DNA from: a virus
Lineage: Duplodnaviria; Caudoviricetes
DNA: 63,327 nt
IMG/VR virus record: IMGVR_UViG_3300025325_000020
Span: 1-63,327 of that record
Direction: 5' to 3' (one strand)
A model generated the notes under the pieces. It made no database searches. It was not told the origin of the DNA and saw only the letters and a program-made list of their open reading frames with translations. This document shows, one piece after another, positions 36,292 through 46,224 of this stretch. The number at the start of each line of letters is the position of its first letter. The stretch's first letter is position 1. The translations under genes were made by a program, and so were the position numbers.

Positions 36292-36525
36292 ATGGCAATT
36301 TCCACCGGCAAACAAATCATCATCCGCCCCGATCTGGAGGCGGCGTTAGCGCGCGTCGAGCGCGGCGAGGGCGGGGCAGCCGAGGCCGAGACGCTGCGCG
36401 CGGCCCTGGCGCTGGCTGAGATGAAGATCATCAAGGCGGAGAGCCGTGTGAAGGAATTGGGGGGAAAATTGAGAATCTACCAGCTTGAAGCAGACGAACC
36501 CCTGGAGGGGCTGCCCGATGGCTAA
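36292..36525 (+). CDS. Hypothetical protein
   Basis: Helical ORF before the small terminase. Confidence 0.55.
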   Translation: MAISTGKQIIIRPDLEAALARVERGEGGAAEAETLRAALALAEMKIIKAESRVKELGGKLRIYQLEADEPLEGLPDG

Positions 36526-36880
36526 TAAATACCCCAACGAAACAAAAGCCGCTGCGATGGCAGCCCTTCTAGCCGGGCAGTCAATCAGCCAGGTCGCCAA
36601 GGAATACAAAATACCTAAAGGCACGATATCGTCCTGGAAAAACCGAGGCGCGGGTTTGCAGAACGCGACCCAAAAAAGGGAAATAGGGGATCTAATTACC
36701 GAGTATTTGCGGGAAAATCTGATTACACTTAAAACCCAGGCCGAATTCTTCCGCAACATTAAGTGGCTGAGCAAGCAAAGCGCGGAAAGCGCTGCGGTTC
36801 TGCATGGGGTGATGACCGATAAGGCGATACGCATCATCGAGGCCTCCAACCGGGGAGAACCGCTGAAAGAGGGTGGATGA
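36518..36880 (+). CDS. Terminase small subunit (HTH)
   Basis: 'SISQVAKEYKIPKGTISSWK'; coupled to the large subunit. Confidence 0.75.
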   Translation: MANKYPNETKAAAMAALLAGQSISQVAKEYKIPKGTISSWKNRGAGLQNATQKREIGDLITEYLRENLITLKTQAEFFRNIKWLSKQSAESAAVLHGVMTDKAIRIIEASNRGEPLKEGG

Positions 36881-38568
36881 TCGATTACCGGATCGATATT
36901 CCGCGGATAAATACTGGGCCGTATGACTTCGCGAGAGAGAAGGCCGGGCCAATCAGATCGGGTCCCCCGCTCACCCTCCCGGACTGGATGGGTATGGCCC
37001 GCCCTTGCCTGGCCCCCGGCCGCGCCTTCGACCTGGCGAGGCACCGCTACCTGGATCCGATCTACGCCGACGACTGCCGCGAGGTTGTATTCATGAAAGC
37101 GGGCCAGGTGGGGATATCGGAATACCTCATCTCCTGGGTCCTGTGGAGCGCGGACGCGCGCGCTGCCACCGGGTTGTACGTGTTTCCCACCGACAGCGCG
37201 GTCTCGGACTTCGCCGCGGCCAGGCTGGGCCCGGCCATCGAGCCGGGGGTATCGGATTACCTGGCCGGGCTGGTGGTGGGCGGCTCGGCGGATGGCAAGC
37301 GCGGGGCGGACATGGTCAAGCTCAAGCGCATCCGCGACCGTTTTATCTATTTCCGTGGGGCGCAGGTCAGCCCGGACGGAAGGGCGCCTCAGCTCCGTTC
37401 GATCGATGCCGACGTTCTAGTCTTGGATGAGTTCGATGAGATGGACCCCCGCGCCGTGGCCCTGGCCGGGGAGAGATTGGGCCATTCGGGGATTGCCGAG
37501 AAACGCACCGCGTCTACCCCCACCTATACCGGGGCGGGCATCCACGCCGCTTACCTGGCGAGCGACATGCGCCAGTGGCACGTGCGCTGCGAGTGCGGGA
37601 ATAGGCAGCCGCTGGAAATCGACGATCTGGTGACAGAGTGGGACGCGCTCAATCGACCCGTAAGCTGGCATGGGGTGGACTCCGGAGAGCCTTATCTCGC
37701 CTGCCGCAAGTGCGGGAAGGGCCTGGATCGGGCCGGGGAGGGCGAGTGGATAGCTGCTTATCCGGATAGGCCCGTGCACGGCTACCACATTTCCAGGCTG
37801 TTCGCCGCCCACCGGCCGCTCTCGGACTTAATCGCCTCGCTGTCCGAGCTGGACGAGAGCAAGCGTCAGCAAGCCTATAACCAGGGCCTGGGCCTGCCCT
37901 ACCGCTCCCCCACCGCCCTGGCCTTGACCGACGAAGTCCTGGACAAGTGCCGCCGGGAGTATGCGCTGAACAAGGTCCCGGTAGGGGAGACCTGCATGGG
38001 CGTAGATGTGGGCAGTGTGCTGCACGTGATCATCCGGGAGCCGGCAGCCGCCGACTTCGAGCTGCGCTTCGCCGGGATGGTCGCCGACTTCGACGCACTG
38101 GCCGAGCTGATGCGCCGCTTTAAAGTGGGGCGCTCTGTGATCGACGCTTTGCCAGAGACCCGCTCCGCCCGCAAATTGCAATCCGGCTGGAAGCGGGGCG
38201 CGGTCTGGCTGGCCTATTACACCACCCAGCCAGCCGGCAGCAAGAAAGAAGACCCGCGCGAGTGGAACGTCAAAGAATTGGCCGTCAACATGGACCGCAC
38301 GCGCACGCTCGACGAGACGCTGGGCGCGTTCCTGAGCGCCTCCACGGGTGACCCTGGCAGCACGCTTCCGGCCAACGCGCGGGCGCTTAGGGATTACTAC
38401 GCCCACCTGAAAGCGCCCGAGCGGGTGCTGAAAACCACCGCCGACGGCAGCCAGGTCCCGGCCTACGTGGAGACCGGGCCGGATCATTTTTGTCACGCGG
38501 AGAATTACTGCCGTGCGGCGCTGGCCTGCCCCTATGGGGCGGGCTGGTCGCGCGGTCCGGCGGGGTGA
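36877..38568 (+). CDS. Terminase large subunit, GpA-like
   Basis: 'MKAGQVGISE' Walker A, 'VLDEFDE' Walker B, 'STPT', Zn-finger, 'GVDVG', 'DHFCHA'. Confidence 0.9.
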   Translation: MIDYRIDIPRINTGPYDFAREKAGPIRSGPPLTLPDWMGMARPCLAPGRAFDLARHRYLDPIYADDCREVVFMKAGQVGISEYLISWVLWSADARAATGLYVFPTDSAVSDFAAARLGPAIEPGVSDYLAGLVVGGSADGKRGADMVKLKRIRDRFIYFRGAQVSPDGRAPQLRSIDADVLVLDEFDEMDPRAVALAGERLGHSGIAEKRTASTPTYTGAGIHAAYLASDMRQWHVRCECGNRQPLEIDDLVTEWDALNRPVSWHGVDSGEPYLACRKCGKGLDRAGEGEWIAAYPDRPVHGYHISRLFAAHRPLSDLIASLSELDESKRQQAYNQGLGLPYRSPTALALTDEVLDKCRREYALNKVPVGETCMGVDVGSVLHVIIREPAAADFELRFAGMVADFDALAELMRRFKVGRSVIDALPETRSARKLQSGWKRGAVWLAYYTTQPAGSKKEDPREWNVKELAVNMDRTRTLDETLGAFLSASTGDPGSTLPANARALRDYYAHLKAPERVLKTTADGSQVPAYVETGPDHFCHAENYCRAALACPYGAGWSRGPAG

Positions 38569-38605
38569 ACACGAAATGGAGCGAAAATTACGAAAAGGAA
38601 ATGGT

Positions 38606-38880
38606 ATGCCCGATAAATTGACAGTCGAGATTCCCGAACCTTTTCTCCTAATCCTTGCTGTATACGGAAATATGGTGAAGGAGACGTACCTAAAATCTTG
38701 CAGATATGGGCGCAAAACGAATGCGCGCGCCTGGGCCTTGGAGAGCAACTTGCGGCGCTTCAAAAAGAGCGCTTGCGAGAGCTGGAAAAGCGTATCCGCA
38801 ACGTGATGGGGGATGAAGCTATTGACAGCTTGAAGCTCAATATTGCCAAGGTTGCCAAAGAGATTAAGAAAGTTTTGTAG
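38606..38880 (+). other. Two overlapping ORFs, possibly one frameshifted gene
   Basis: MPDKL... frame and the -1 frame ...ILQIWAQ... overlap extensively. Confidence 0.35.
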
Positions 38881-38910
38881 GAGAAAAATGATCGGTGAAA
38901 GGGAATCGAA

Positions 38911-39162
38911 ATGGAACCAATGGCTTTCCCGGAAGCAAACAAAAATCTATTGAAACCCAAAGGCATGACAGACGAGCAGTGCGGCCCGCTGCCGGTCCTG
39001 TCGGACGGGAAGATTTGCCTGTCCTTATGGCGGGCGTCCTGGCGAGAGCGATTATCAATCTTGTTCTTTGGCCGGGTGTGGCTATATATACACTCTGGAC
39101 ATACCCAACCGCCGGTCTCGTTAAGCGGGATTAGATCGGTATTCGATGTAGGCAAGAAATAA
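38911..39162 (+). CDS. Hypothetical phage protein
   Basis: 'FPEAN..L..P.GM...CGPLPV...W..SWRERL.ILF.G'. Confidence 0.6.
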   Translation: MEPMAFPEANKNLLKPKGMTDEQCGPLPVLSDGKICLSLWRASWRERLSILFFGRVWLYIHSGHTQPPVSLSGIRSVFDVGKK

Positions 39163-39163
39163 T

Positions 39164-39721
39164 ATGTCCGACATCACCATCGACTGGCTGGCCTCCTACG
39201 GCGTAGATATTGTCGTGGCGCGCGCCTACGCCGAATCGCTGTGGTCTCACATCGCCCACGTGCGGGAGGCCGGCATCAAGCTGGGCGTGCCCATGCGTTT
39301 GCTGGACGTGCACGACCATTCGAAGTGGGACGCGGACGAGTTCCCCGCCTACGCACGGCATTTCAAGGGCGGGGGCGATCCGGCCGGCTTTGCCCGCGCC
39401 TGGCTGAGACATATGCACCTGAACCCTCACCATTGGGAACACTGGATATTCCCGCCCAATGGCTTCATTCCGCCCGGCGCGGACGTAATCGGCGGGGCGT
39501 TGCCCATGCCGCACGATTATGCCCTGGAGATGATCGCCGATTGGCAGGGAGCCTCGCTGGCTTACACCGGCTCGGACGATATGGCCGAGTGGCTGACGAG
39601 GAACTTGCCCCGCTTGCGGCTGCATCCGGAAACGGCGGAATTCCTGCGCGTCACCCTGGATGGGCTGGGTTATGGCGAGATTGTGTACACGGCGCGCTTT
39701 GCGCACGAAGTGGAGTATTGA
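39164..39721 (+). CDS. DUF5662-like HD-type protein
   Basis: 'HDHSK', 'H..LNPHHWEHW', 'EMIADW'. Confidence 0.75.
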   Translation: MSDITIDWLASYGVDIVVARAYAESLWSHIAHVREAGIKLGVPMRLLDVHDHSKWDADEFPAYARHFKGGGDPAGFARAWLRHMHLNPHHWEHWIFPPNGFIPPGADVIGGALPMPHDYALEMIADWQGASLAYTGSDDMAEWLTRNLPRLRLHPETAEFLRVTLDGLGYGEIVYTARFAHEVEY

Positions 39722-39896
39722 GAATGATTCACCCCGTCTCTTTACGGGCTCATATATTTTGCCATTGGCTGAAACTACACAAACCATCAAAAGGAATTTG
39801 GGAATACAACGGCACGCACTCTATATGTTTGCGCTGCGGTTTTGTGATTACCAAATTAGATAACGGACGTTGGGCATTGTGAGGAGTTCTAACACC

Positions 39897-41561
39897 ATGG
39901 ACGGAAACGAGCAATTGATCGAGCGCGCGGAAGAAAACGTAGAGCGCGTGAAAGAAGCTTCGAAACAGCCCCGCTTTGCAAGGCCGAAGCCGGGCCAGTT
40001 CTACTCCTCGGTCTACGGCTGGGTGCAGGCCGCCGGGCAGGACGAGCCTTCTTACAAGCCCGATTCCCGCCTGCGGGATAAGTGGCTGCGCAGTTTCATC
40101 AAGCGCGAGCCGTATTTCCTGGGAGTGTTCAACAGCGTGGTCGATATCGACAGTAACCGCGGCTGGGAGCTGGCCGGTGGGCGTAACCAGGTGAGGCGCT
40201 TCACCGGCGTGCTGCATAACTGGCTGGTGGCGCCGGGCGTGCGCGGCTGGCGGCCGGGAGTTAAAGCGGCCGCGTCCAGCTTCTACGGTGCCGACATCGC
40301 CACGGTTATCGAGAATGGCCGGGATGGGAAGAACGGTCCGCTCAGGGGCTTCTACCACGTCGATCCGGCCCGCTGCCGCCTGACCGGGAAACAGGACGCC
40401 CCGCTCAAATACAACCCGCCGGCGGGCAAGGTCCAGGACTGGGCCGAGAGCGACTTCATCCGCGTCACGTCCCTGGTCGAGACCGCCGAAGAGATGAACG
40501 GGCTGTGCTATTCCGCCGGCAGCCGGGCGCTGGAACTGGCAAAGCTGATGGTGGCCGTCTACCAGCACGACAGCGAGCAGTTGGGGGCGCGCGCTCCCAA
40601 GGGCATCTTGCTCCTCCACGGCATCTCCGAAGAGCAGTGGGAAGACACCCTGAAAGTGCGCGGCGAGAAGCTCGACAGCCTGGAGCGGGAATACTACGGC
40701 GGCGTGCAGGTGCTGGCAAGCGAGGGTCTGGAGCAGATCGACGCTAAACTAGTCGCCCTCTCGCAGCTCCCGGCCGGTTTCGACATCGAAAAGTTCACCA
40801 ATTTGCTCATGTATGGCTATGCCCTGATCGTGGGCTACGACGCCCGCGAGTTCTGGCCGGTCTCCTCCGGGGCGCTGGGCACAGCCTCCGAGACCGAGAC
40901 CCAGCACCGCAAGGCCTCGGGCAAAGGCGGAACCGATTTCGCCCTGGGCCTCCAGGAGCAGATCCAGCGCCCGGACGTGCTGCCGCCCACCCTCCATTTC
41001 GGCTTCGAGCAGAGGGACGAGGAGTCCGATATCCTGGAAGCGGAGGTGGCGCTGGCCCAGATCCACAACGTGCGCGAGATGTTCGAAGCCGGGCTGCAAG
41101 CCACGGGGACCGGCATCATCGACCGCGAGGAGGCCCGCTCGCTCCTGGCCGAATCTGGCGTCATCCCCCACGAATGGACCGAGATCGAAGAGGATACCAA
41201 GGCCACCGATACCCAGGAAGCCCGGCTGAAGAGCAGACTGGAAAGGCTGATGGAGAATGAGCGCATCCAGCGGGCGGTGGAGCGATTCCCGGACGAGCCT
41301 TTAGTCGCCTACCGCTGGCCGGCCAACCGCACAGTAACCCTGGCAAAGCGCGCCGCCGACGCCCTGCCGCGGGGTTGGGTCATGCCCCGGCTGAAGAACC
41401 GGGCGGAAGGGGAAACCCTTTACGAAGACCCGGACGGCGATTTTACCATCACCGAAGGAGACGTGGACCGCGCCGTGGAGAAGGCCGGGCGGGTGGAGGC
41501 GGAGATTGCAGAGGTACTGGAGGCGTCTCCATTGCCTGCGGAGCAGGAAGGCGAGGCATGA
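39897..41561 (+). CDS. Portal protein
   Basis: ~555 aa after terminase; GAGGAG RBS; 'PKGILLL' portal-like. Confidence 0.8.
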   Translation: MDGNEQLIERAEENVERVKEASKQPRFARPKPGQFYSSVYGWVQAAGQDEPSYKPDSRLRDKWLRSFIKREPYFLGVFNSVVDIDSNRGWELAGGRNQVRRFTGVLHNWLVAPGVRGWRPGVKAAASSFYGADIATVIENGRDGKNGPLRGFYHVDPARCRLTGKQDAPLKYNPPAGKVQDWAESDFIRVTSLVETAEEMNGLCYSAGSRALELAKLMVAVYQHDSEQLGARAPKGILLLHGISEEQWEDTLKVRGEKLDSLEREYYGGVQVLASEGLEQIDAKLVALSQLPAGFDIEKFTNLLMYGYALIVGYDAREFWPVSSGALGTASETETQHRKASGKGGTDFALGLQEQIQRPDVLPPTLHFGFEQRDEESDILEAEVALAQIHNVREMFEAGLQATGTGIIDREEARSLLAESGVIPHEWTEIEEDTKATDTQEARLKSRLERLMENERIQRAVERFPDEPLVAYRWPANRTVTLAKRAADALPRGWVMPRLKNRAEGETLYEDPDGDFTITEGDVDRAVEKAGRVEAEIAEVLEASPLPAEQEGEA

Positions 41562-41884
41562 GCCCGGCTATTCCGCCCACCCTGCCCGCCGCCCCGGCCG
41601 TCCGCTGCGAGAAGTGCGGCCATGCCATCCCCCTGGCCAGGCTCTCGCCCACTATGCGCGCCGTAGAGGGCCGGACCGGCTGCTACGACGTGGGCTTCAT
41701 CTGCCCCGCCTGCCGCAACTTTTACCACGCGGCTTACACCAACGACACGCTGATGAGCATGCAGCGGCGCATCGAGAAGATCCGCAAGCGTGAGGGCCGT
41801 GTCAGGCTTCTGCAGAAGTATAAAACCAAGTTCGAGCGGTTTCAGATCGAGATGGATATAGCGCTCAAGCCAGAGTTGACATGA
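41558..41884 (+). CDS. Zn-ribbon protein
   Basis: CEKC...CPAC. Confidence 0.55.
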   Translation: MSPAIPPTLPAAPAVRCEKCGHAIPLARLSPTMRAVEGRTGCYDVGFICPACRNFYHAAYTNDTLMSMQRRIEKIRKREGRVRLLQKYKTKFERFQIEMDIALKPELT

Positions 41885-42525
41885 GCTGGTACTGGAACCC
41901 CCGCTCCCACCGCTATACCTGGCAGAACGGCTCCGCCCGCTTCCTGGCCCGCGACCAGGTGCTGGCCTGGGTCGAGCAGCTCATCGACGCCGGCGGCGGC
42001 GCGGCCGACACCCTGGCAAACCTGGTCGCCAATGGCAGGCTCGCCGCCCCGGATTGGCTGGACAGCATGCGCCGCGAGATCAAGGACGCCTGTATCCAGC
42101 AATATCTTCTAGGCATCGGCGGGCGCAGCCAGATGGCGGCGGAGGATTGGGGTTCCATCGGCGGGATGCTCAAAGAGCAGTACGGCTGGCTGAAAGGCTT
42201 CTACCAGGAGGTGCTCGCCGGAGACCTGTCCGAGGCCGCCATCGCCATGCGCGCCCGCATGTACATCAACAGCGCACGCGAGGCCTACGAGCGCGCCCTG
42301 GGCAGGGTAGCCGCCCGAGCTGGCATGGACGAGGAGTCCTGGGCGACCGGCTTCGTCAGGACCGAGCATTGCGAAGACTGCCTGGGCTACGAGACCGAAG
42401 GCTGGCAGGAGATCGGCCATTTCCCCACCCCGGGCGATGGGTCTACCATCTGCCTGACGAGCTGCCATTGCAGCAAACATTATCGTAAAGCATCCAGCGG
42501 AGAGGAATTGTGGGAAACAACATAG
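41881..42525 (+). CDS. Minor capsid / MuF-like head morphogenesis protein
   Basis: C-terminal 'EHCEDC...PG...C...CHC'. Confidence 0.65.
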   Translation: MSWYWNPRSHRYTWQNGSARFLARDQVLAWVEQLIDAGGGAADTLANLVANGRLAAPDWLDSMRREIKDACIQQYLLGIGGRSQMAAEDWGSIGGMLKEQYGWLKGFYQEVLAGDLSEAAIAMRARMYINSAREAYERALGRVAARAGMDEESWATGFVRTEHCEDCLGYETEGWQEIGHFPTPGDGSTICLTSCHCSKHYRKASSGEELWETT

Positions 42526-42562
42526 CCCAACATTATCGCAAAGCATCCACGGGAGAAGAGCT

Positions 42563-42823
42563 GTGGGAAACAACATCGTAGCAGACAACGGCCACGGGGC
42601 AAGGGCAAAAGTGGATCCCCGCGGAGAATCGGTCAAGGTCGAGGCCACCGGATTGGTGAGGATCGACGGCATTGCCTGTTTCAAGCGCGTCGAGCGGGCC
42701 GGCAAAATCTACCTGCAATTCTGCGACAACGACCGGCTGCGCGCTTCCTGCCGCGGCACGCGCCTGGTGGAGGTGCCCCTGGAGTCGTTGTTCCAGATTT
42801 TAGAGATGGAGAAAAGGCAATGA
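42563..42823 (+). CDS. Hypothetical protein
   Basis: Coupled to the epimerase. Confidence 0.45.
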   Translation: MGNNIVADNGHGARAKVDPRGESVKVEATGLVRIDGIACFKRVERAGKIYLQFCDNDRLRASCRGTRLVEVPLESLFQILEMEKRQ

Positions 42824-43743
42824 AAATCATGATCACCGGATCGCGGGGTTTCGTGGGCGCGGCAACCAAGGATTATCTGGACCATATTGTCCAGAAAGGG
42901 AATTCCCACCCTTGCCAGGCGCTCGACTATGACCTGATGGACGGCCTGGACATTCGCGACGCAAACCAGCTCAAGGAATTCGCTAAATGCCATCGCCCTG
43001 ACCGCATCCTCCACTTAGCCGCCATCGCCCGCTTTGCCGACGCCGACAAAGACCCGCTTTTAGCCTGGCAGACCAATGTATTGGGCACGCAGAACGTGGT
43101 GGACGTGGCCGCGCGCTACCACATTCCCCTGGTATACGCATCGACTGGCTCCGCCATCATGCCGCTGGACGAGTTCGAGCCACCGTACAAGGAATTTCTC
43201 CCCGCGCGCGGCAACTCGGTGTACGGCTGCTCGAAAGCGTTGGGGGAGTGCATCGTGCGGCAGCATACCCCCCATATCATCCTGCGCTATGCCCACCTGT
43301 ACGGGGCGGAGAAACGCCATCACGGTCTTATAGGCGGGTTCCTGGATCGGATCGGGAGGGGACTTCAGCCAAGGCTGTTTGGGGGCAGGCAAAGCAACGA
43401 TTTTGTTTACATAAAAGATGTTGCACGAATAAATTATCTGGCGCTGGCTTCGAGCTGGGACCGCTGGAACCAAACCTTCAATGTCGGCTCCGGACAGGAG
43501 CTTTCGACGGAGCAGGCCGGGGAAATTATATGCCGGGTCGCCGGCTACACCGGAGCTATCGAGCGCTTGCCCGCACGCACGGTCGATCCGGGCCGGTTCA
43601 TTTTCGATACCGGCAAGGCCGCTGAATGGCTGGGTTTTGAAGCGGAGTTCGATTTCGAGAGCGGCCTGGCGGATATGATGGGGAAGGCGGAGAAAGCCGG
43701 GCAGGGAATGACAGTGAACGTGGAAGCGTTCATGAGAGGATGA
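42820..43743 (+). CDS. NAD-dependent nucleotide-sugar epimerase/dehydratase
   Basis: 'ITGSRGFVG', 'HLAA', 'YGCSK', 'DFVYIKD'. Confidence 0.92.
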   Translation: MKIMITGSRGFVGAATKDYLDHIVQKGNSHPCQALDYDLMDGLDIRDANQLKEFAKCHRPDRILHLAAIARFADADKDPLLAWQTNVLGTQNVVDVAARYHIPLVYASTGSAIMPLDEFEPPYKEFLPARGNSVYGCSKALGECIVRQHTPHIILRYAHLYGAEKRHHGLIGGFLDRIGRGLQPRLFGGRQSNDFVYIKDVARINYLALASSWDRWNQTFNVGSGQELSTEQAGEIICRVAGYTGAIERLPARTVDPGRFIFDTGKAAEWLGFEAEFDFESGLADMMGKAEKAGQGMTVNVEAFMRG

Positions 43744-44033
43744 AAGGAATGCCCATGAGTGTCTTCACCTTCCCGCTTGACGAAGGCCAGGATAGAGAAA
43801 AGCTAACCGCGCTTATCCAGGAATTGGCAAATCTGACCGGATCGGCGGTGACCATCCGCGACCAGATCAGTGTGTGCACCAACTCCACCCGCCTGGCGAT
43901 CATTCTCAAGCACCTGGCCTGCGACGATCCGCGTGACGGCGTGACCGGAGACGGCGCGCCGGTCAAAAGAAGAAGAGCCAGACGAAATAACGGCATGGGA
44001 AAGGAGAGCGAGCCGGCCTTACAAAGCGGATAG
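43740..44033 (+). CDS. Hypothetical protein
   Basis: Coupled ORF. Confidence 0.45.
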   Translation: MKGMPMSVFTFPLDEGQDREKLTALIQELANLTGSAVTIRDQISVCTNSTRLAIILKHLACDDPRDGVTGDGAPVKRRRARRNNGMGKESEPALQSG

Positions 44034-44142
44034 TTGCATTTATAATTTATTTATGCTATACTTTTACAGAACTTGCAAGCTTTCAAGGCCGTAACCCGTT
44101 ATTGAGGTGGTGAGCCGTTCGGAGCAATCCGGGCGGCTTTTT
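44034..44142 (+). promoter_or_regulatory. Second late promoter followed by a leader terminator
   Basis: TTGCAT-17-TATACT (extended TG); AGCCGTTCGGA-GCAA-TCCGGGCGGCT-TTTT. Confidence 0.7.
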
Positions 44143-44154
44143 GCGTATAGGTGT

Positions 44155-44310
44155 ATGGACTTCTTCAACTCCCGTGAATTCTGGATCGGTGTGCGGCAGG
44201 CGCTGCTTATGCTGGTGGACTTGTTAGAGCGGGGCCTGGCCGTCTCGCCGCGTACTTCCGAGCTGCGCAAGGCCGTGCGGGAGAAGAACCGGGAGACCGA
44301 AGCGGCCTGA
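44155..44310 (+). CDS. Small protein, 51 aa
   Basis: AGGTG RBS; 'FW..VRQALLMLVD..ER....PRTSELRK'. Confidence 0.5.
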   Translation: MDFFNSREFWIGVRQALLMLVDLLERGLAVSPRTSELRKAVREKNRETEAA

Positions 44311-44361
44311 GCAGGGGCGGGCTTTATGCCTGTCCTAATTGAATATTGGCAGCCCTAATCG

Positions 44362-44413
44362 AGCGCCGCGTTTCCGTGGAGCCTCACCTCCCACGGAGAT
44401 GCGGCGCTTTTTT
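44362..44413 (+). terminator. Long terminator/attenuator hairpin upstream of the protease-capsid genes
   Basis: 18-bp stem followed by a T run. Confidence 0.7.
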
Positions 44414-44435
44414 ACTTTCGGCTCAAGGAGGACGT

Positions 44436-46199
44436 ATGAATTTCTTCCAGGCACTCGAACAGCGCGTGCGAGCGATCGTGGTGGATACACTCAAAAAGCG
44501 CGCGGTCAAGGACGTGGATGAGTGGGACGGCAGCGCCGCCAATTACGATGATACCGCCGCCTATTGCTCCGCCTGCCTGATCGATGTCAACCCGGCAGGG
44601 GAAGACAAGAAGCAGTCCCTTTGTATGCTGCCCGTGCGCGGCCCCGGCGACGAAGCGGACACCTACGTGCGCCAGGCTGTGCACGCCGCGGCCGGCGGGC
44701 ACGGCATCAGCGCGGTCGAAAAGCCGGAGGGGGTAGAACAGGAGGCCTGGGACGCGGCCAAGAAATCCGCTGCCAAGAAGTTGGTCGCCGCCTACAAGGA
44801 AATGGACGAAGACGCGCCCGAGGCCGTCATGGACATGGCGGATATGTCCGCCGACGAAGAGCGCTCGGCTGCGCAGCTCCGCGCTATCGGCTCCTGGGAC
44901 CTGCGCGACCAGGTGCAGGTGCAGGCCAACGAGAAGTTCGGCATGGACGCCTGGGCCTGGGTTTCGGACATCTACCACGACAACGGCGGGGAAGTCTTCG
45001 CCGTGATCGCCTACGAAGGCAAGCTCTACCGGGCGCCGGTCACCATCGAAAACGACGCCGTGACGGTTGGGGATACCAGCGAAGTCGTGGTGGAATTCAG
45101 GCCATCCGGCGCGGCCGGGGAAGAGGAAGAAGGCGAGGCAGCGCGTGCCCGCACCCGTTACACCGTCCAGCGCCAGGCCGATGGGAAAATGCGCTGGTTT
45201 GCTACTTCGTGCAGCGCGGTGCTCAACCGGGTGGGGGAGATAGACAGCCGGGATCTCTTCGACAGCTTCATCGCCAAGATCGAGGAAACGGGCGAATACC
45301 CCTACCGCTGTTTCTACCATTTGAAGGAGCAGTTCCGCACCGGCCAGTGCGATTTCGTAGCGCGGGACGGCAACTTGCTCATCACTTCGGGCGTGTACGA
45401 TGACTCAGATCTTGCCCGCGCCGAGATCGCCGCCCGCATGGCCAGCCCCGAAACCTGGGGAGATTCCATCAGCTATTGGGCCACCGAGCCGGAACTGGTC
45501 GAGGTGGCCGGCGGCATCCGCATCCCGGTCTACCGGTCCGGCATCCTGGAAGAGATTTCCACCGCCCCGGAGAGCGACGTTGCCGCCCTGTACACCGGGG
45601 GCACCCTCAAGAAGGAGGAAAGACGCATGTTGACAGGAAAATCACTCGAAGCGTTCGTGGCGCTGTGGGGCGGCGACGAAGACAAGGCCAAGGGCTGGCT
45701 GGAAAGCAACGTGGACGCCTCCAACCGCGCCATCGAAAGCGAAGGCCAGATCGCCCGCACGGCCCCGGCAGAGACCTTAGCTGCCCCGCCGGCCGAGTCG
45801 CCCGCCGCTCCCGCTGCCCCTGCGCAGCCAGGAACTGTGGAGATCGACGAAGCGGCCACGTCGGCCATCGCCCGCGCGATTGCGAGCGACACGGCGTTCC
45901 AGGAAACGCTCTCGGCCTTGGTCGCCCGCCAGCTCGAGCCCATCGTTACCCGCATCGACGGCACGACCCGCTCCATCCAGGAGATGAGCGGGCGCCATAC
46001 CAAGGCGGTCAAGGGGCTGGAAGATCGCCTGGGGGCGCTCGAGCTCGACGAGGACGAGAAGAAGCGCGCCTGGCAGAGCGATCTGCCGGCCGCGTCCCGC
46101 TTGCAAGTCACCTACCGCCCGCGGGAGAAGCCCGCGGGTGAAGCTGAGCCAACCTATGCCGACCGGGCCTCCGAGACCCTGGCGGCGATGGGGTCATAA
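44436..46199 (+). CDS. Capsid maturation protease-scaffold fusion
   Basis: AAGGAGG RBS; before MCP; candidate catalytic His (YHL) and Ser (GDSISY); internal RBS and ATG at 45627. Confidence 0.7.
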   Translation: MNFFQALEQRVRAIVVDTLKKRAVKDVDEWDGSAANYDDTAAYCSACLIDVNPAGEDKKQSLCMLPVRGPGDEADTYVRQAVHAAAGGHGISAVEKPEGVEQEAWDAAKKSAAKKLVAAYKEMDEDAPEAVMDMADMSADEERSAAQLRAIGSWDLRDQVQVQANEKFGMDAWAWVSDIYHDNGGEVFAVIAYEGKLYRAPVTIENDAVTVGDTSEVVVEFRPSGAAGEEEEGEAARARTRYTVQRQADGKMRWFATSCSAVLNRVGEIDSRDLFDSFIAKIEETGEYPYRCFYHLKEQFRTGQCDFVARDGNLLITSGVYDDSDLARAEIAARMASPETWGDSISYWATEPELVEVAGGIRIPVYRSGILEEISTAPESDVAALYTGGTLKKEERRMLTGKSLEAFVALWGGDEDKAKGWLESNVDASNRAIESEGQIARTAPAETLAAPPAESPAAPAAPAQPGTVEIDEAATSAIARAIASDTAFQETLSALVARQLEPIVTRIDGTTRSIQEMSGRHTKAVKGLEDRLGALELDEDEKKRAWQSDLPAASRLQVTYRPREKPAGEAEPTYADRASETLAAMGS

Positions 46200-46224
46200 C
46201 CATCCTTTACGGAGGAAGAACGAA

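Noticed and set aside
36270-36520. cos site expected for a GpA-type terminase
   Set aside because: No sequence I could support; read-terminus analysis is needed
42476-42581. DGR template/variable repeat pair
   Set aside because: No reverse transcriptase recognisable; the differences are mostly synonymous rather than adenine-specific
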